Positions 52,768 to 62,695 of a stretch of DNA of 64,000 nucleotides are shown here, one piece after another; positions within the stretch are counted from its first letter, which is position 1, and every line of letters begins with the position of its first letter. The notes beneath the pieces are model-generated. The model was not told the DNA's origin, searched no databases, and saw nothing but the letters and a program-made list of their open reading frames with translations. Location: NCBI GenBank assembly GCA_963788655.1, contig CAWBHS010000081.1, forward strand, positions 64,001 to 128,000. Reading direction: 5' to 3'. Both the position numbers and the translations under genes were made by a program. Source of the DNA: an uncultured Verrucomicrobiae bacterium. GTDB lineage: Bacteria; Verrucomicrobiota; Verrucomicrobiia; Limisphaerales; JAFGQR01.

Positions 52768-55083
52768 CTACCGCGCCTTCACCTCTTCCAACCGGTCGCA
52801 ATAGGCGTTGAGCACCCCGGCGATGATCTTCATTTGTCCGTCCACTTCAGCCCAGTGGCGTTGTTCGATGGCTTCGCGTACGCCCGGCAGCGTCTTCACA
52901 CCGTAACCCGTTTCAAGGCCGGGGGCATAAATGCTGTGCCGATACCATTCGCGACCGGGCAAACCCTCGGGGAGGAGCAGGATTTGTTCGAGGCTTTGGA
53001 GCCGGTCATTCAAACGGGCAAGCTGGGCGCCGTCCAATTTCCTATCCGGATTGGTGGCGGCCACCAGCGCTTCATCACACGTTCGGGCGCAATGCTTGAG
53101 CCGAGCCACGGCGTTATCAAGCGGGGCGAAGTTTAGAAACGGCACATCGGATTCGCGTTTTGGCGGCAAGTTGGTTTTCGTGGGATCCGCCGCCAATTCG
53201 AAGGCGCGTTCGTCAAGCAACCGGTGCTGCTGTTGGGTGCGCTGGCGCAAGGCGTCGGCGAGTTGGTGCAGTTCCTTCGCGTAATGCTCGACGGCTTCGG
53301 CAAAATCACTGATCCGCATCGGCAGCACGTCGGCCTCTACCACCCGCAACACAACGCGACCGTCGGTCTTGGCCAACGCCACGCCGTAGGCAAAATCCGG
53401 ATCACCGAACCGCAGGAAATGGTCGAACGAATCGTAAATCGAATGGTAAATGCCGCCGTCCTCGTCCTCGCCGCCGTAATCCATATCCAGCGCGGCGATG
53501 CCCAGGTGCTGGAGGAACGGCGTGTAATCCGAGCCGGAGCCGAGCGCGTGAATGGGAATGATCGAACTGGTGGTCAACCGTTGGGCCAATTGGCGCGCTT
53601 CCGTGGATGCGCCATTCTGGCTGCCGGCCACCAGGAGTTTTGCCCGCAGCCGTTTCCGGACGGAGACACCGGTTTGCGGATCGCGCACGGTGGCAGCGAC
53701 CTGATTCACGAGCGTTTGGAAGGTTTGACTGCCTCCCGCGCTCAGGAAGCCGCGAGCATTGCTGTCCGAATTCACGTATAACACTGCTTTGCGCTGCAGT
53801 TCCTCCGCATGGGCCTCGGCCCATTCCGTCGAACCGAGCAAGCCGGGTTCTTCGCCATCCCAACTGGCATAAACCAGCGTGCGCTTCGGCCGCCAGCCAT
53901 CCTTGACCAGCGCGCCAATGGCCTTGGCTTCCGCCATCAAAGCCACATTGGCCGAAAGCGGATCCCAGGCGCCAAACACCCAACCGTCATGGTGATTGCC
54001 CCGGATGACCCATTGGTCCGGATAGTCGCTTCCGCGGATCATCGCGATCACGTCGTAAATCGGTTTCAGGCTCCAATCCGAACTGACCGTCAGATGCACC
54101 TTGGCCGGACCCGGCCCGAGGTGGTACGTGATCGGCAACGTCCCACGCCAATTCGCCGGGGCGACCGGACCGCCCAGCGCCGCGAGCAGCGGTTGGGCGT
54201 TGGCGTAGGAAATGGGCATCACGGGAAGCTTAAGCACGGTCTTCGCCTCGGCCACCGTCAATCGTTTGGCGTCTTTGTTGGCGCCGATGCCGGGTGTCAA
54301 CGGATCGCCCGGATAAACCGGCATGTCGGCAACGGATCCGCGTTGGACGCCCTCGGCCGGACGCCAACCGCCCTGGGGATAAACATCGCCCGCGGTATAA
54401 CCGTCGTCACGCGGATCGGAATAAACGATGCAGCCGATGGCGCCGTGTTGGTGGGCCAGCTTGGGTTTAAGGCCGCGCCAGCCTCCGCCGTAACGCGCAA
54501 TGACAATCCGGCCCTTCACGTCGAGCCCGTGCCGGGCCAGCTCCTGGTAGTCGTCCGGCATGCCGTGGTTCACATAAACCAATTCGGCCGTCACGTCGCC
54601 ATCGCCGCCGTACGCATGATACGGCGGCAGCGCGTCAGTGGTCTTGTCCGAGGTGCGGTCGCCGTCCACGGCGGGTTCGTGCAATCGCGCGGTGAACCGG
54701 GTTGGCGCGACCATTTCCAACTGGAGCTTCTTGGGCGTGGGGAACAGCACTTCAAACGTTTCAAGGTGGGTATCCCAGCCCCACGCGCGAAACTGTTCGA
54801 GCATGAATTCGGCATTGGCCCGGTTGTGCGGAGCGCCAACGTGGTTCGGAGCCGACGACATTCGCTCGAGCCAGGCGCGCTGATCGGCGGCGTTCAAGTG
54901 GGTATCGAATTTCTGTTCCAAGTCCTTTTGGGCGGCGGCGTGTGCGGCGGTAAAACCGAGCATGCCCTTGGGCGCTTGACTCGGAGCCGCGATGAGAGTG
55001 GTGCCTGTGAACAATGACCAGGCGAGGTTGGCGCAAAGCAGTGACGTTCCCCACAAGGCTGGCGAATGGTGATTTCTTTTCAT
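52768..55083 (-). CDS. M28 family peptidase, glutamate carboxypeptidase II-like (PA domain + TfR-like dimerisation domain)
   Basis: YSDP.DDG, VQRGSV, PGDPLTPG, GNHHDGW, WDGEEPGLLGSTEW, GSGSDY, YHSIYD, WYRH.IYAPG; signal peptide. Confidence 0.93.
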   Translation of the reverse strand: MKRNHHSPALWGTSLLCANLAWSLFTGTTLIAAPSQAPKGMLGFTAAHAAAQKDLEQKFDTHLNAADQRAWLERMSSAPNHVGAPHNRANAEFMLEQFRAWGWDTHLETFEVLFPTPKKLQLEMVAPTRFTARLHEPAVDGDRTSDKTTDALPPYHAYGGDGDVTAELVYVNHGMPDDYQELARHGLDVKGRIVIARYGGGWRGLKPKLAHQHGAIGCIVYSDPRDDGYTAGDVYPQGGWRPAEGVQRGSVADMPVYPGDPLTPGIGANKDAKRLTVAEAKTVLKLPVMPISYANAQPLLAALGGPVAPANWRGTLPITYHLGPGPAKVHLTVSSDWSLKPIYDVIAMIRGSDYPDQWVIRGNHHDGWVFGAWDPLSANVALMAEAKAIGALVKDGWRPKRTLVYASWDGEEPGLLGSTEWAEAHAEELQRKAVLYVNSDSNARGFLSAGGSQTFQTLVNQVAATVRDPQTGVSVRKRLRAKLLVAGSQNGASTEARQLAQRLTTSSIIPIHALGSGSDYTPFLQHLGIAALDMDYGGEDEDGGIYHSIYDSFDHFLRFGDPDFAYGVALAKTDGRVVLRVVEADVLPMRISDFAEAVEHYAKELHQLADALRQRTQQQHRLLDERAFELAADPTKTNLPPKRESDVPFLNFAPLDNAVARLKHCARTCDEALVAATNPDRKLDGAQLARLNDRLQSLEQILLLPEGLPGREWYRHSIYAPGLETGYGVKTLPGVREAIEQRHWAEVDGQMKIIAGVLNAYCDRLEEVKAR

Positions 55084-55218
55084 GTCATTTAATACTGGCA
55101 GTTTCAACGGTCAGCCTGCCCGCGTAAACCGGGTTTGACGACGATTTTTTCTGCAGCGGATTGGATTTGCCTTTGACGCGGTTCGTGTGTTTGGTGGTAG
55201 CAACATTGGCCGTATCCT

Positions 55219-55737
55219 ATGAAATCAAATCGCATTGAAATCATCGAAGGCGACATCACCCGGTTGGAGGTGGATGCCATCGTCAATGCTGCCAACACCA
55301 CGCTGCTGGGTGGTGGCGGCGTGGATGGCGCCATTCATCGCGCGGCGGGTCCGGAACTGCTCACGGAATGTCGCACGCTGAACGGTTGTCCCACCGGCGA
55401 AGCCCGCCTCACCAAAGGCTATCGGCTGCCGGCCCGTTGGGTCATTCATACGGTTGGGCCCGTGTGGCGTGATGGCCAACATCGCGAGGACGAATTGCTG
55501 GCCAATTGCTACCGCCACAGCCTCGCGCTCGCGTTGGAGAACCAGGTTCGCAGCATCGCGTTTCCCGCCATCAGCACGGGCGCCTACGGTTTTCCCCTGG
55601 AACGGGCCACCAAGATTGCCTTGACCGAAACGCGGCAATTTCTCGAGCAAACTCCCACGTTCGAAAAAGTCATCTTCGCCTGCTTTGGCCAAACCGCCTT
55701 TCAATGTTACTCGAGACTCCTGGAGGCGACCGCGTGA
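55219..55737 (+). CDS. ymdB: Macro-domain O-acetyl-ADP-ribose deacetylase
   Basis: [45 protein letters not shown]. Confidence 0.93.
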   Translation: MKSNRIEIIEGDITRLEVDAIVNAANTTLLGGGGVDGAIHRAAGPELLTECRTLNGCPTGEARLTKGYRLPARWVIHTVGPVWRDGQHREDELLANCYRHSLALALENQVRSIAFPAISTGAYGFPLERATKIALTETRQFLEQTPTFEKVIFACFGQTAFQCYSRLLEATA

Positions 55738-55766
55738 GACGGCCACCAGCGATAAAATCCCAATCG

Positions 55767-57131
55767 ATGCAAAAACATTCCGGAGGTAAGCCGTTCGTTC
55801 GCGTTACCAATTCCTCGACTGACCCGGCGGCGGATTCAGCCGGCCACAATCCCGGCCTGGCCTGGACCCGGCGCCGGTTTCTCGGAGCGCTGGGTTTGGG
55901 TTCATTGGCGGTGGCCGCCCCGGCGATAGGTGCCGACGACCAGGCCGCCACCCAAGCGGTCGCGGATTCATTCGATCGCGAAGTAAAGGCCTTCATGCGC
56001 GAGCGCAAAATTCCCGGCGGCGCGCTGGCCGTGGTCAAGGACCACCGTCTGGTTTATACCAGCGGTTATGGCTGGGCGGACAGGGAAAACGAGGTGCCGG
56101 TCAAGCCCGATTCACTGTTCCGCATTGCCAGTGTTTCCAAACCCATCACCGCCGTGGCCATCATGAAACTGGTTGAAAACGGTAAACTGCAGTTAGACGC
56201 AAAAGCTTTTGACGTGGTGAAACTGCCGCCCGCGTTGGAACCGGACGCCAAAGCCGATCCGCGTTTACAAACCATCACCATTCGCCAACTCCTTCACCAC
56301 ACGGCGGGTTGGGACAATCGCAAGACGCCCGACCCCATGTTTCGGTCGCGGGAGATTGCGAATATCGTGGGCGTGATCTGTCCCCCCGAACCGCGCGACA
56401 TCATTCGTTACATGCTGGGCCGGCCCCTGGACTTTGATCCGGGCACCGAATATGCCTACTCGAATTTCGGTTACTGCGTGCTCGGGCGCGTAATCGAAGA
56501 GGCCAGCGGGATGGGTTACGAAGAATTCGTGCAACAACAAATCCTGAAGCCCATGGACATCACGCGCATGCGGATCGGGGCCACCCTGCCGGAAAAATGC
56601 GCCGAGGGCGAAGTCCATTATTACATGACGCGCAACACCAAAGCCCACAGTGTCTTCGGCGCCGCCTCCCAGAAAGTGCCCTGGCCTTACGGCGGGTTTT
56701 GTCTCGAATCAATGGACGCCCACGGCGGCTGGATTGCTTCGGCGGTGGATCTGGCCCGGTTGGCCGCGGCGTTGGTGGATCCGCGCCGTTGTCCCGTGTT
56801 GGACAGCGGCACCCTTCGTTCGATGTACGAGCCGCCGGCGCCCCCGGTGTCCCGCAACCGGAAGGATGAACTGGACGATGCGTATTATGGATTGGGCTGG
56901 ATGGTCCGGCCCGTCGGTATCACCCGTAGCGCGAATTACTGGCACAGCGGCAGCCTGCCGGGAACGTTTACTTTGCTGGTGCGCCGCTGGGACGGCCTGA
57001 GCTGGGCCGCGCTGTTTAATCAACGGTCCGAAAACCTCAAACTGCCCGATGCGGCCATTGACATCGCCCTGCATCGCGCCGCGGATCGGGTGCAGGAATG
57101 GCCGCCGGCGAATCTGTTTGAACAATGGTAG
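55767..57131 (+). CDS. Tat-exported serine hydrolase (beta-lactamase/class C-like family)
   Basis: TRRRFLGALGLG Tat motif; FRIASVSK (SxxK), YSNFGY, LLHHTAG, WHSGSLPG. Confidence 0.88.
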   Translation: MQKHSGGKPFVRVTNSSTDPAADSAGHNPGLAWTRRRFLGALGLGSLAVAAPAIGADDQAATQAVADSFDREVKAFMRERKIPGGALAVVKDHRLVYTSGYGWADRENEVPVKPDSLFRIASVSKPITAVAIMKLVENGKLQLDAKAFDVVKLPPALEPDAKADPRLQTITIRQLLHHTAGWDNRKTPDPMFRSREIANIVGVICPPEPRDIIRYMLGRPLDFDPGTEYAYSNFGYCVLGRVIEEASGMGYEEFVQQQILKPMDITRMRIGATLPEKCAEGEVHYYMTRNTKAHSVFGAASQKVPWPYGGFCLESMDAHGGWIASAVDLARLAAALVDPRRCPVLDSGTLRSMYEPPAPPVSRNRKDELDDAYYGLGWMVRPVGITRSANYWHSGSLPGTFTLLVRRWDGLSWAALFNQRSENLKLPDAAIDIALHRAADRVQEWPPANLFEQW

Positions 57132-57211
57132 GGTCGCGCAAAAGTTCGTGGAATTACCTTGGAAAATCGTTGCACCCACGGGCGGGCTGCTTCAAATTAC
57201 TGCCGCGCGGC

Positions 57212-57302
57212 GGAGAGATGGCTGAGCGGTTTAAAGCACACGCCTGGAAAGCGTGAGTGGGCTTATACCCCACCGGGAGTTCGAATCTCCCTCTCTCCGC
57301 CA
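57212..57302 (+). tRNA. tRNA-Ser (anticodon GGA)
   Basis: GGAGAGA acceptor pairs with TCTCTCC-G-CCA; anticodon arm CACGC-CTGGAAA-GCGTG; long variable arm; GTTCGAATC T-loop; encoded CCA. Confidence 0.97.
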
Positions 57303-57385
57303 GTTCACTTTCTGGCAATCAAATAACCCTCGAATGCATCCCCGCGGTTCTTTGCGGTAGGCTTTTAAGCGAACAACCAGTTCGA

Positions 57386-59119
57386 TCAATCCACAATCGC
57401 TTTCTGGCTCGTGATCACGGAAGCGCCGGTGCCGTTGATGACGTGCCGGATGCCACTGTTGCGTTGGCCGGACAACCGAATCGCCACCAGATGGTGCATT
57501 TTGACTCCAGGCGCCGTCGGCGTTTCAATGGCATTCTCAGCGATCACCGGCGCCGCATAGAACACGCAATAGACGCCCACCCCCCAGGCTTCATGGCTGG
57601 TAACCTTGTCGGCCACTTTGTACGAGGCGTAACCGGTAACACCCTCGTGCTGCCATGCTTCCTGACTCGGCGGATCGTAGGGCATTTCAGATTGGTAGAA
57701 ATAGACGCGACCGCCGTTGCCGTTCCACACCGTTTGGTATTCCTGGCAATGTTCCACGAACAAACCGTAGAGAGTGACGTGGTCGCCGTTGACGATCAGT
57801 CCGTGTTTGTTGGGGTTGGAAGTCCAGCCCGCGCCCCGGCCATGGTCAGCGCGCCAGAGCCAGAAGTTGTCCCCGACCACATCGTGGCTGTTGATCGTGA
57901 CCATACAGGTCGCGCTTCCCGCCTGCGCCCCGCCCGCACGGCAGAAGATGTCCCAAAGAAATATGGGATCGGCTGCGTGAGTATTACGGCTGCCCGGCTC
58001 GCCAATTTGCACCAACGTTTCTGAGTTGTTGGTGCCGGCTTCGATCAGGAGGCCGCCCAATTTCACGCCATCCACGTCGGCGAGGGAGAGCGCGGAAGTC
58101 CCGTTAAGCGGTTGCAGCGTCGCGTAACCCAGCCCCATGACGATGGTGTCGGATCGCGTTACGCGGAGACAATCATCCAACGGATAAATACCCGGCGTGA
58201 AAATCAAGTGTTTCCCCTGATTCAACGCGGCGTTGAGGCTGGCGGCAGTGTCCGTACCGGGATGTGCCAGGTAGAACTGGTCGATGGGGATGGAATCTCC
58301 CGGCGTGGTGCCAGTGGACCAGGTAGTTCCCTGCGTGCCGTTGGTAGCGAGGCTGGGAACCCGGACAAAGTAGCGACCCACTTCGTCAATGAACAAATAC
58401 GGCTTCTCCCGGACCACCGGCGTTTTTTCAATCACGGTGTACGGCGGCTGCGGCCACGTGCCCGCCGGCGGATTGACCGTACCAACAAACACCATGTTCC
58501 AATTCCCGCCGCTCCAACGGCCCCATTCGGCGTTGCGCGAGAACCATTGCTGCTGGGAGCCGGAATTGATTTGGCCGTCAATCTTGCAGTCCGCAATGAA
58601 GCCGCCACTGGACCAACCGCCGTCCCACAGGTTCATGTCGCCCTTCACGTGGACCCGCCGCAGCGCGGTGGCCTGCGACACAGCCCATATATTGATGTTC
58701 CGGTCCTGCGTCGGCGTGACCGACAGGTTCTCGACGCAGCGCCAGAAATTGCACGTGGCGTTATTGTTCCTCATCCAGCGGGCCTGGCACCGCACCGCGC
58801 CGGTGATGGCTACCTCGTCGGGCGATTCTCCCAATCCGAGCACCTGCGTGTAAAAACCCACTTGCACGTCGAGGTCGTATTTCCCCGGCTTGAAAAAATA
58901 CGCATAACGATTGGGACCGAACTGGGCGCGTTCCTGCTGACTGAAGACCGCGTCGAGCCGATTCTGAATGTTCGTCATGGACGGATCGAAGATCAGCACG
59001 TTCGGGCCAAAATCCGGAACGGTGCTGCCCGGCCGGGAGGGTTCGGCTCCCAAGCCGGAAACGGAGACGATCGTGGAGGCAAGCAACAAGATGGCAAGAA
59101 CGCTTCGTCGAGTTTTCAT
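57386..59119 (-). CDS. Secreted GH55-like beta-1,3-glucanase
   Basis: PDFGPNV, QFG..RYA.FFKPG.Y, NATCNFWR..ENL, WAVSQA, SGSQQQW, WLWRADHG, GLFVEH, FYQSEMPYDPP as in bacterial GH55; signal peptide. Confidence 0.85.
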   Translation of the reverse strand: MKTRRSVLAILLLASTIVSVSGLGAEPSRPGSTVPDFGPNVLIFDPSMTNIQNRLDAVFSQQERAQFGPNRYAYFFKPGKYDLDVQVGFYTQVLGLGESPDEVAITGAVRCQARWMRNNNATCNFWRCVENLSVTPTQDRNINIWAVSQATALRRVHVKGDMNLWDGGWSSGGFIADCKIDGQINSGSQQQWFSRNAEWGRWSGGNWNMVFVGTVNPPAGTWPQPPYTVIEKTPVVREKPYLFIDEVGRYFVRVPSLATNGTQGTTWSTGTTPGDSIPIDQFYLAHPGTDTAASLNAALNQGKHLIFTPGIYPLDDCLRVTRSDTIVMGLGYATLQPLNGTSALSLADVDGVKLGGLLIEAGTNNSETLVQIGEPGSRNTHAADPIFLWDIFCRAGGAQAGSATCMVTINSHDVVGDNFWLWRADHGRGAGWTSNPNKHGLIVNGDHVTLYGLFVEHCQEYQTVWNGNGGRVYFYQSEMPYDPPSQEAWQHEGVTGYASYKVADKVTSHEAWGVGVYCVFYAAPVIAENAIETPTAPGVKMHHLVAIRLSGQRNSGIRHVINGTGASVITSQKAIVD

Positions 59120-59136
59120 GGTGATTAGCAAAGGAT

Positions 59137-59412
59137 TCAATTGGCTGATTCCAGATGCGTGCGAGTGGCGACGTAAAGCTCTTCAACTTGAGGATCAGGC
59201 CAGGCGACGCTAAACGGGGAAAGGAACGCGATAACACGCTCCTTACTTTGCTGGGGATGCGCGCTCTTGGCCGCCCCGACGAGCAGTTCGGCATGGACTT
59301 GAAGGGGCACATGCACGTCAGTCGTCGGCACTGCATGGAGCCGGCGCATCGCTAACGGGGACTTGCCACGCAGGCAAAACACCACCGTGTTGGTGTCGAG
59401 GAAATAAGTCAC
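59137..59412 (-). pseudogene. vapC: Truncated VapC/PIN toxin (91 aa)
   Basis: YFLDTN..ELLVGAAKS present; stops before the IG..D..IAA.A and LVT.N segments. Confidence 0.75.
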
Positions 59413-59421
59413 AAGCGAGTC

Positions 59422-59697
59422 TTAATTAGCGCTGTGACAATCAAGCGGTCGTATCGTACCGCGAGGGGGAGCGGCGAAAGTATCGTCGTCCGCCAGCGAA
59501 CCGAATAACGTCAACCATCCGGGCGGGTAACCATTGGCCACCGCACATGCCTCCATCGCCGCGATTGCGGCGGCGCGGTCAGCCTCGGGCTTGACGCGCT
59601 CCTCGATCCATTCGGAAATGGACTTGTGCTCGCGACGCGCGGATTCCTCCACGTGCCGGACGAGGTCGGCTTTTAAATTGATGGTCAGGGTTGCCAT
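59422..59697 (-). CDS. Putative CopG/RHH antitoxin (VapB-like)
   Basis: MATLTINL..ARREHKSISEWI RHH pattern; YPPGWLTLFGS tail; immediately upstream of the PIN gene. Confidence 0.7.
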   Translation of the reverse strand: MATLTINLKADLVRHVEESARREHKSISEWIEERVKPEADRAAAIAAMEACAVANGYPPGWLTLFGSLADDDTFAAPPRGTIRPLDCHSAN

Positions 59698-59838
59698 GAC
59701 AAAACCGTACTCGACGGCACGGCAGCGCGCAATCGAAGAAACGTGATAGAACAACGTAATTCTCGAGCCGTTGGCTTAAAGTGGCTTTGGCGCCGACCAG
59801 TCTGGCGCTCCTACGGATTTCGGACTTGGCTCGCAGCC

Positions 59839-61218
59839 TTATTTTTTCGGAAACGGCAACTTGTCCGGGATCGTCTCCGACAAGGGTGTCTCGCCGCGGA
59901 TCATCTGCGTGGCGGCACCGGTCAGTTTCAAATACCAGTCCGAGGGCAGGCCTTCGTACGTGACAAAGTACTGGCCCACGGGGATTTCGTTGGAGACTTT
60001 GTAGATCGCCGTTCCTTCATTGACTTCGTCAAACATCCCGACGAACACGGTCCGAATTCCCAAGCTCTTAAAGATGGCAAATTGCCGCCAATAGAATTCG
60101 CCTTTGCGCCGCGGAATCATGGTGGTGCCGGGGGCGGTGCGACGCAGGTTGTCCCAAGAGAAACCGGGAAAGGCGGTTGGCATGTAACCGATTCCCAACC
60201 CTTTCAACTCAGCCAGGTCACCCTCCCACACGTCATGACGCAGTCGGTCCATGCTCGCGTTGTTCCGATAGCGCCCGGCGTCCCAGGGACTGATGGCGTC
60301 GAACATCCGATAGACCTTGGCCCATCCCGGATCCGGACGTGCTTCGCCGCGCTGCGTCCGCCAGTGGGGATCGATTCCGCCGATCAAATAGATGCCTCCG
60401 TATTGCGGGTCGTTCTTGAAAAACTTGATCAATTCCTCACCTTGCTCCGACGTCCAGGGGCGGTCCCGAAAACCCAATCCCCACAGCAAGACCACGGGCT
60501 TGCCCTGATGATGAAGGTAGCGTGAATCATCGCGAAGCTTTACCTGGTCACACAGGAATTTCCAGTCGTCCATGACCATCGAGGTCCGGCCGTTGCGCCC
60601 CATCGAAAGGTCGAGCATCATTGCCCAGACGCGTCCCTCGCGGTGACAGCCCTCGCGCACGTTGGCCAACACCATGTTGACATGACGCCGGCGAGCGGGA
60701 TTCGTGGTTTCGGAGACGAACCGGCTCAAGAACACGCCGTCGATGCCATACTCACGCATCCATTGGCAGTGCAACAGCACGGGGCCTTTGCGGAAGGCGC
60801 TGTAAAGCCGGGCGGGCGAGCCATCGGGCATTTTGAGCCCCGGCACGTCGCATAAATCGTCCGGGGCATATTGGGATACCTCGGGCCACATATCGACGAC
60901 GAACCGTCCGCCACCAGCGCGATCCAGTCGGCTTCCCCAATGGGAGAAACCGAATCGCGTACCATCGCCGGGTGTGTTGAACCATCCCTGGTAACCGCAG
61001 AGAACCTTCCCGTCCAAGGTCGTAGCGTCAATGTCCGTGCGCGTGGGGCCGGTGTATGGACGAAGCCACGGTTCGTCTGGCGGTTCGCTGGAAGTTTCGG
61101 CGGCACCGGCACCAACGCCGAGCAACAGCAGGAGGACCAGCGGAAAGCAGCCGGCAATCAGGGAGACAATGGTGACGCGGGAACACTTCAGTATGCTTCG
61201 GAGGAATAGGTGTGACAT
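59839..61218 (-). CDS. Secreted glycoside hydrolase family 71/99-like protein
   Basis: GKVLCGYQGWF.TPGDG..HW, WMREYGIDGVF, YLHHQGKPVV.LWG.GF, PGFSW.NL, MFDEVNEGTAI.K, LPSDWYL. Confidence 0.82.
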   Translation of the reverse strand: MSHLFLRSILKCSRVTIVSLIAGCFPLVLLLLLGVGAGAAETSSEPPDEPWLRPYTGPTRTDIDATTLDGKVLCGYQGWFNTPGDGTRFGFSHWGSRLDRAGGGRFVVDMWPEVSQYAPDDLCDVPGLKMPDGSPARLYSAFRKGPVLLHCQWMREYGIDGVFLSRFVSETTNPARRRHVNMVLANVREGCHREGRVWAMMLDLSMGRNGRTSMVMDDWKFLCDQVKLRDDSRYLHHQGKPVVLLWGLGFRDRPWTSEQGEELIKFFKNDPQYGGIYLIGGIDPHWRTQRGEARPDPGWAKVYRMFDAISPWDAGRYRNNASMDRLRHDVWEGDLAELKGLGIGYMPTAFPGFSWDNLRRTAPGTTMIPRRKGEFYWRQFAIFKSLGIRTVFVGMFDEVNEGTAIYKVSNEIPVGQYFVTYEGLPSDWYLKLTGAATQMIRGETPLSETIPDKLPFPKK

Positions 61219-61257
61219 GATTGGAATTCTAGTAAAATTGTCTGGCAGCAGTATATC

Positions 61258-62568
61258 TCAAAAGTTCTTTCCGTCATCGCGAGTCGTTTCCGCTGAATCA
61301 TGATTACGGTCCGCCGCCCAGATGGCACGAATGGCGTCCTCGTCGCCCAAGCCCTCAGGCACGGTTGGACTCCGGTTGTTGGCGTAGTACCAGCGCATGC
61401 TGTCTCGCGGTGAGCGCAAGGTACGGCTGCCAGGCATTTCGAGATGGCCGTTGGGGTCGGTCCGCCGCAACCAGTTCCAGGCGTATTGCAGCCAGTTGCT
61501 GCGATACTGCCGGCTCTGGTGCGCAAACCACGTGATTTCATCGTAACCCCAAATCCAAATGCTGCCGGCGCGAGCTTGTCCCGGCGTCCGACTCACACCC
61601 CAGTTGTCGATCTCCACCAGGTAAGGCAGATGTTCGCACGTCCAACCACTGTAGGTTCTGCCGCCTTTGCTTCGGCCATAGATGCCGTCGGAAAAGCCCA
61701 CCTTCAAGATGGCTTCCTGCGGCTTGTCCGGCACCTCCATGATCCGCAAGGGGAACGAATGGAAATCCATCAGCAATTGTCCGTCACGAACCAAGCCGCC
61801 GCTGGGAACGTGCGAATCGATTAGCACGAGATGCCGACGGGCGTGTTTCGCGGCATAAGCCCGAATGAGCGAAAGCACCTGCGCATAATGATCCAGATGA
61901 CGGTCGTTATGGTTCATCAGTTCGGTCTGGCCCAAATGGATCGCTTCGCAGCCCACGTCGATGAACGAGGCCCCCAGGTAATAGAACCAGCGCTTGGTTT
62001 CGGGCTGGCTCACATCGGGAACTGAGTTGCCCGATCGCCAATGGTCTTTGAACTGCCCATCCGGATAAAGCATGTCCGCGTACCGGAAATTCCGTTTTTC
62101 CACCGGCTCTCCGAAGGCACCAAACACCCAATCCGGCACCGGCACTTGATCCACCTGCCGGGTTACGATTTCGAAGATGCAGGCTTGCAAAATCATGTCC
62201 GGGTCAGCGGCAAGGACCTGCGGCAACTGTTGCTTCGCTCGTTCGAGATTGCGCAGCAGATTGGCTTCGCCGCCCCACAGGCATAGGCTGCGTCCAATGA
62301 ACTTCGCGCCCGTGCGCTTGAGCATCCGGATGTTGTCCTCGAGGTCGCCCCGGCCGTTGAGCAGGCCCTCCATGGTAATTGATCGCGATAGATAGTTCTC
62401 CAACACCTCCCGCGAGATCGTCTTATCAAACTGATAGTTGGGGGTATCCGAAACCGACGGTTCGCCCGCAGCGTCCAGTCGGATTTCACTAAACAAGCAG
62501 CCGATGACCAGGTAAACAACGGTCCAGCAGCCAGCTTTCCGCGCGCTTTGAAGAAAGGAACTTTTCAT
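61258..62568 (-). CDS. Secreted hypothetical protein, possibly carbohydrate-active
   Basis: 436-aa ORF with signal peptide; aromatic/acidic motifs (QACIFEIVT, VEIDNWG, WGYDEITWF); co-oriented with GH genes. Confidence 0.65.
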   Translation of the reverse strand: MKSSFLQSARKAGCWTVVYLVIGCLFSEIRLDAAGEPSVSDTPNYQFDKTISREVLENYLSRSITMEGLLNGRGDLEDNIRMLKRTGAKFIGRSLCLWGGEANLLRNLERAKQQLPQVLAADPDMILQACIFEIVTRQVDQVPVPDWVFGAFGEPVEKRNFRYADMLYPDGQFKDHWRSGNSVPDVSQPETKRWFYYLGASFIDVGCEAIHLGQTELMNHNDRHLDHYAQVLSLIRAYAAKHARRHLVLIDSHVPSGGLVRDGQLLMDFHSFPLRIMEVPDKPQEAILKVGFSDGIYGRSKGGRTYSGWTCEHLPYLVEIDNWGVSRTPGQARAGSIWIWGYDEITWFAHQSRQYRSNWLQYAWNWLRRTDPNGHLEMPGSRTLRSPRDSMRWYYANNRSPTVPEGLGDEDAIRAIWAADRNHDSAETTRDDGKNF

Positions 62569-62650
62569 GTCAGTGATTTATGACACGATCATGGCAAGTG
62601 GGATCCGCGTTGCCGAGTCTTATTTACATTCCACCGCCAGTGGTTTTGCT

Positions 62651-62679
62651 TTGACTATTCGCCGTTCGTCTGGTCTAAT
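62651..62679 (+). promoter_or_regulatory. Candidate sigma70 promoter
   Basis: TTGACT-N17-TCTAAT with TG extension, just upstream of ATG 62696. Confidence 0.55.
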
Positions 62680-62695
62680 CTTATCGGAATTCACA

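Noticed and set aside
55767..57131. Antibiotic-resistance beta-lactamase
   Set aside because: SxxK/YxN/HxG motifs are shared across a broad esterase/peptidase family; nothing here specifies beta-lactam hydrolysis.
62630..62641. attR copy of the tRNA-Ser 3' end (ccgccagt)
   Set aside because: Only about 8 bp match, expected by chance in GC-rich DNA; no integrase nearby.
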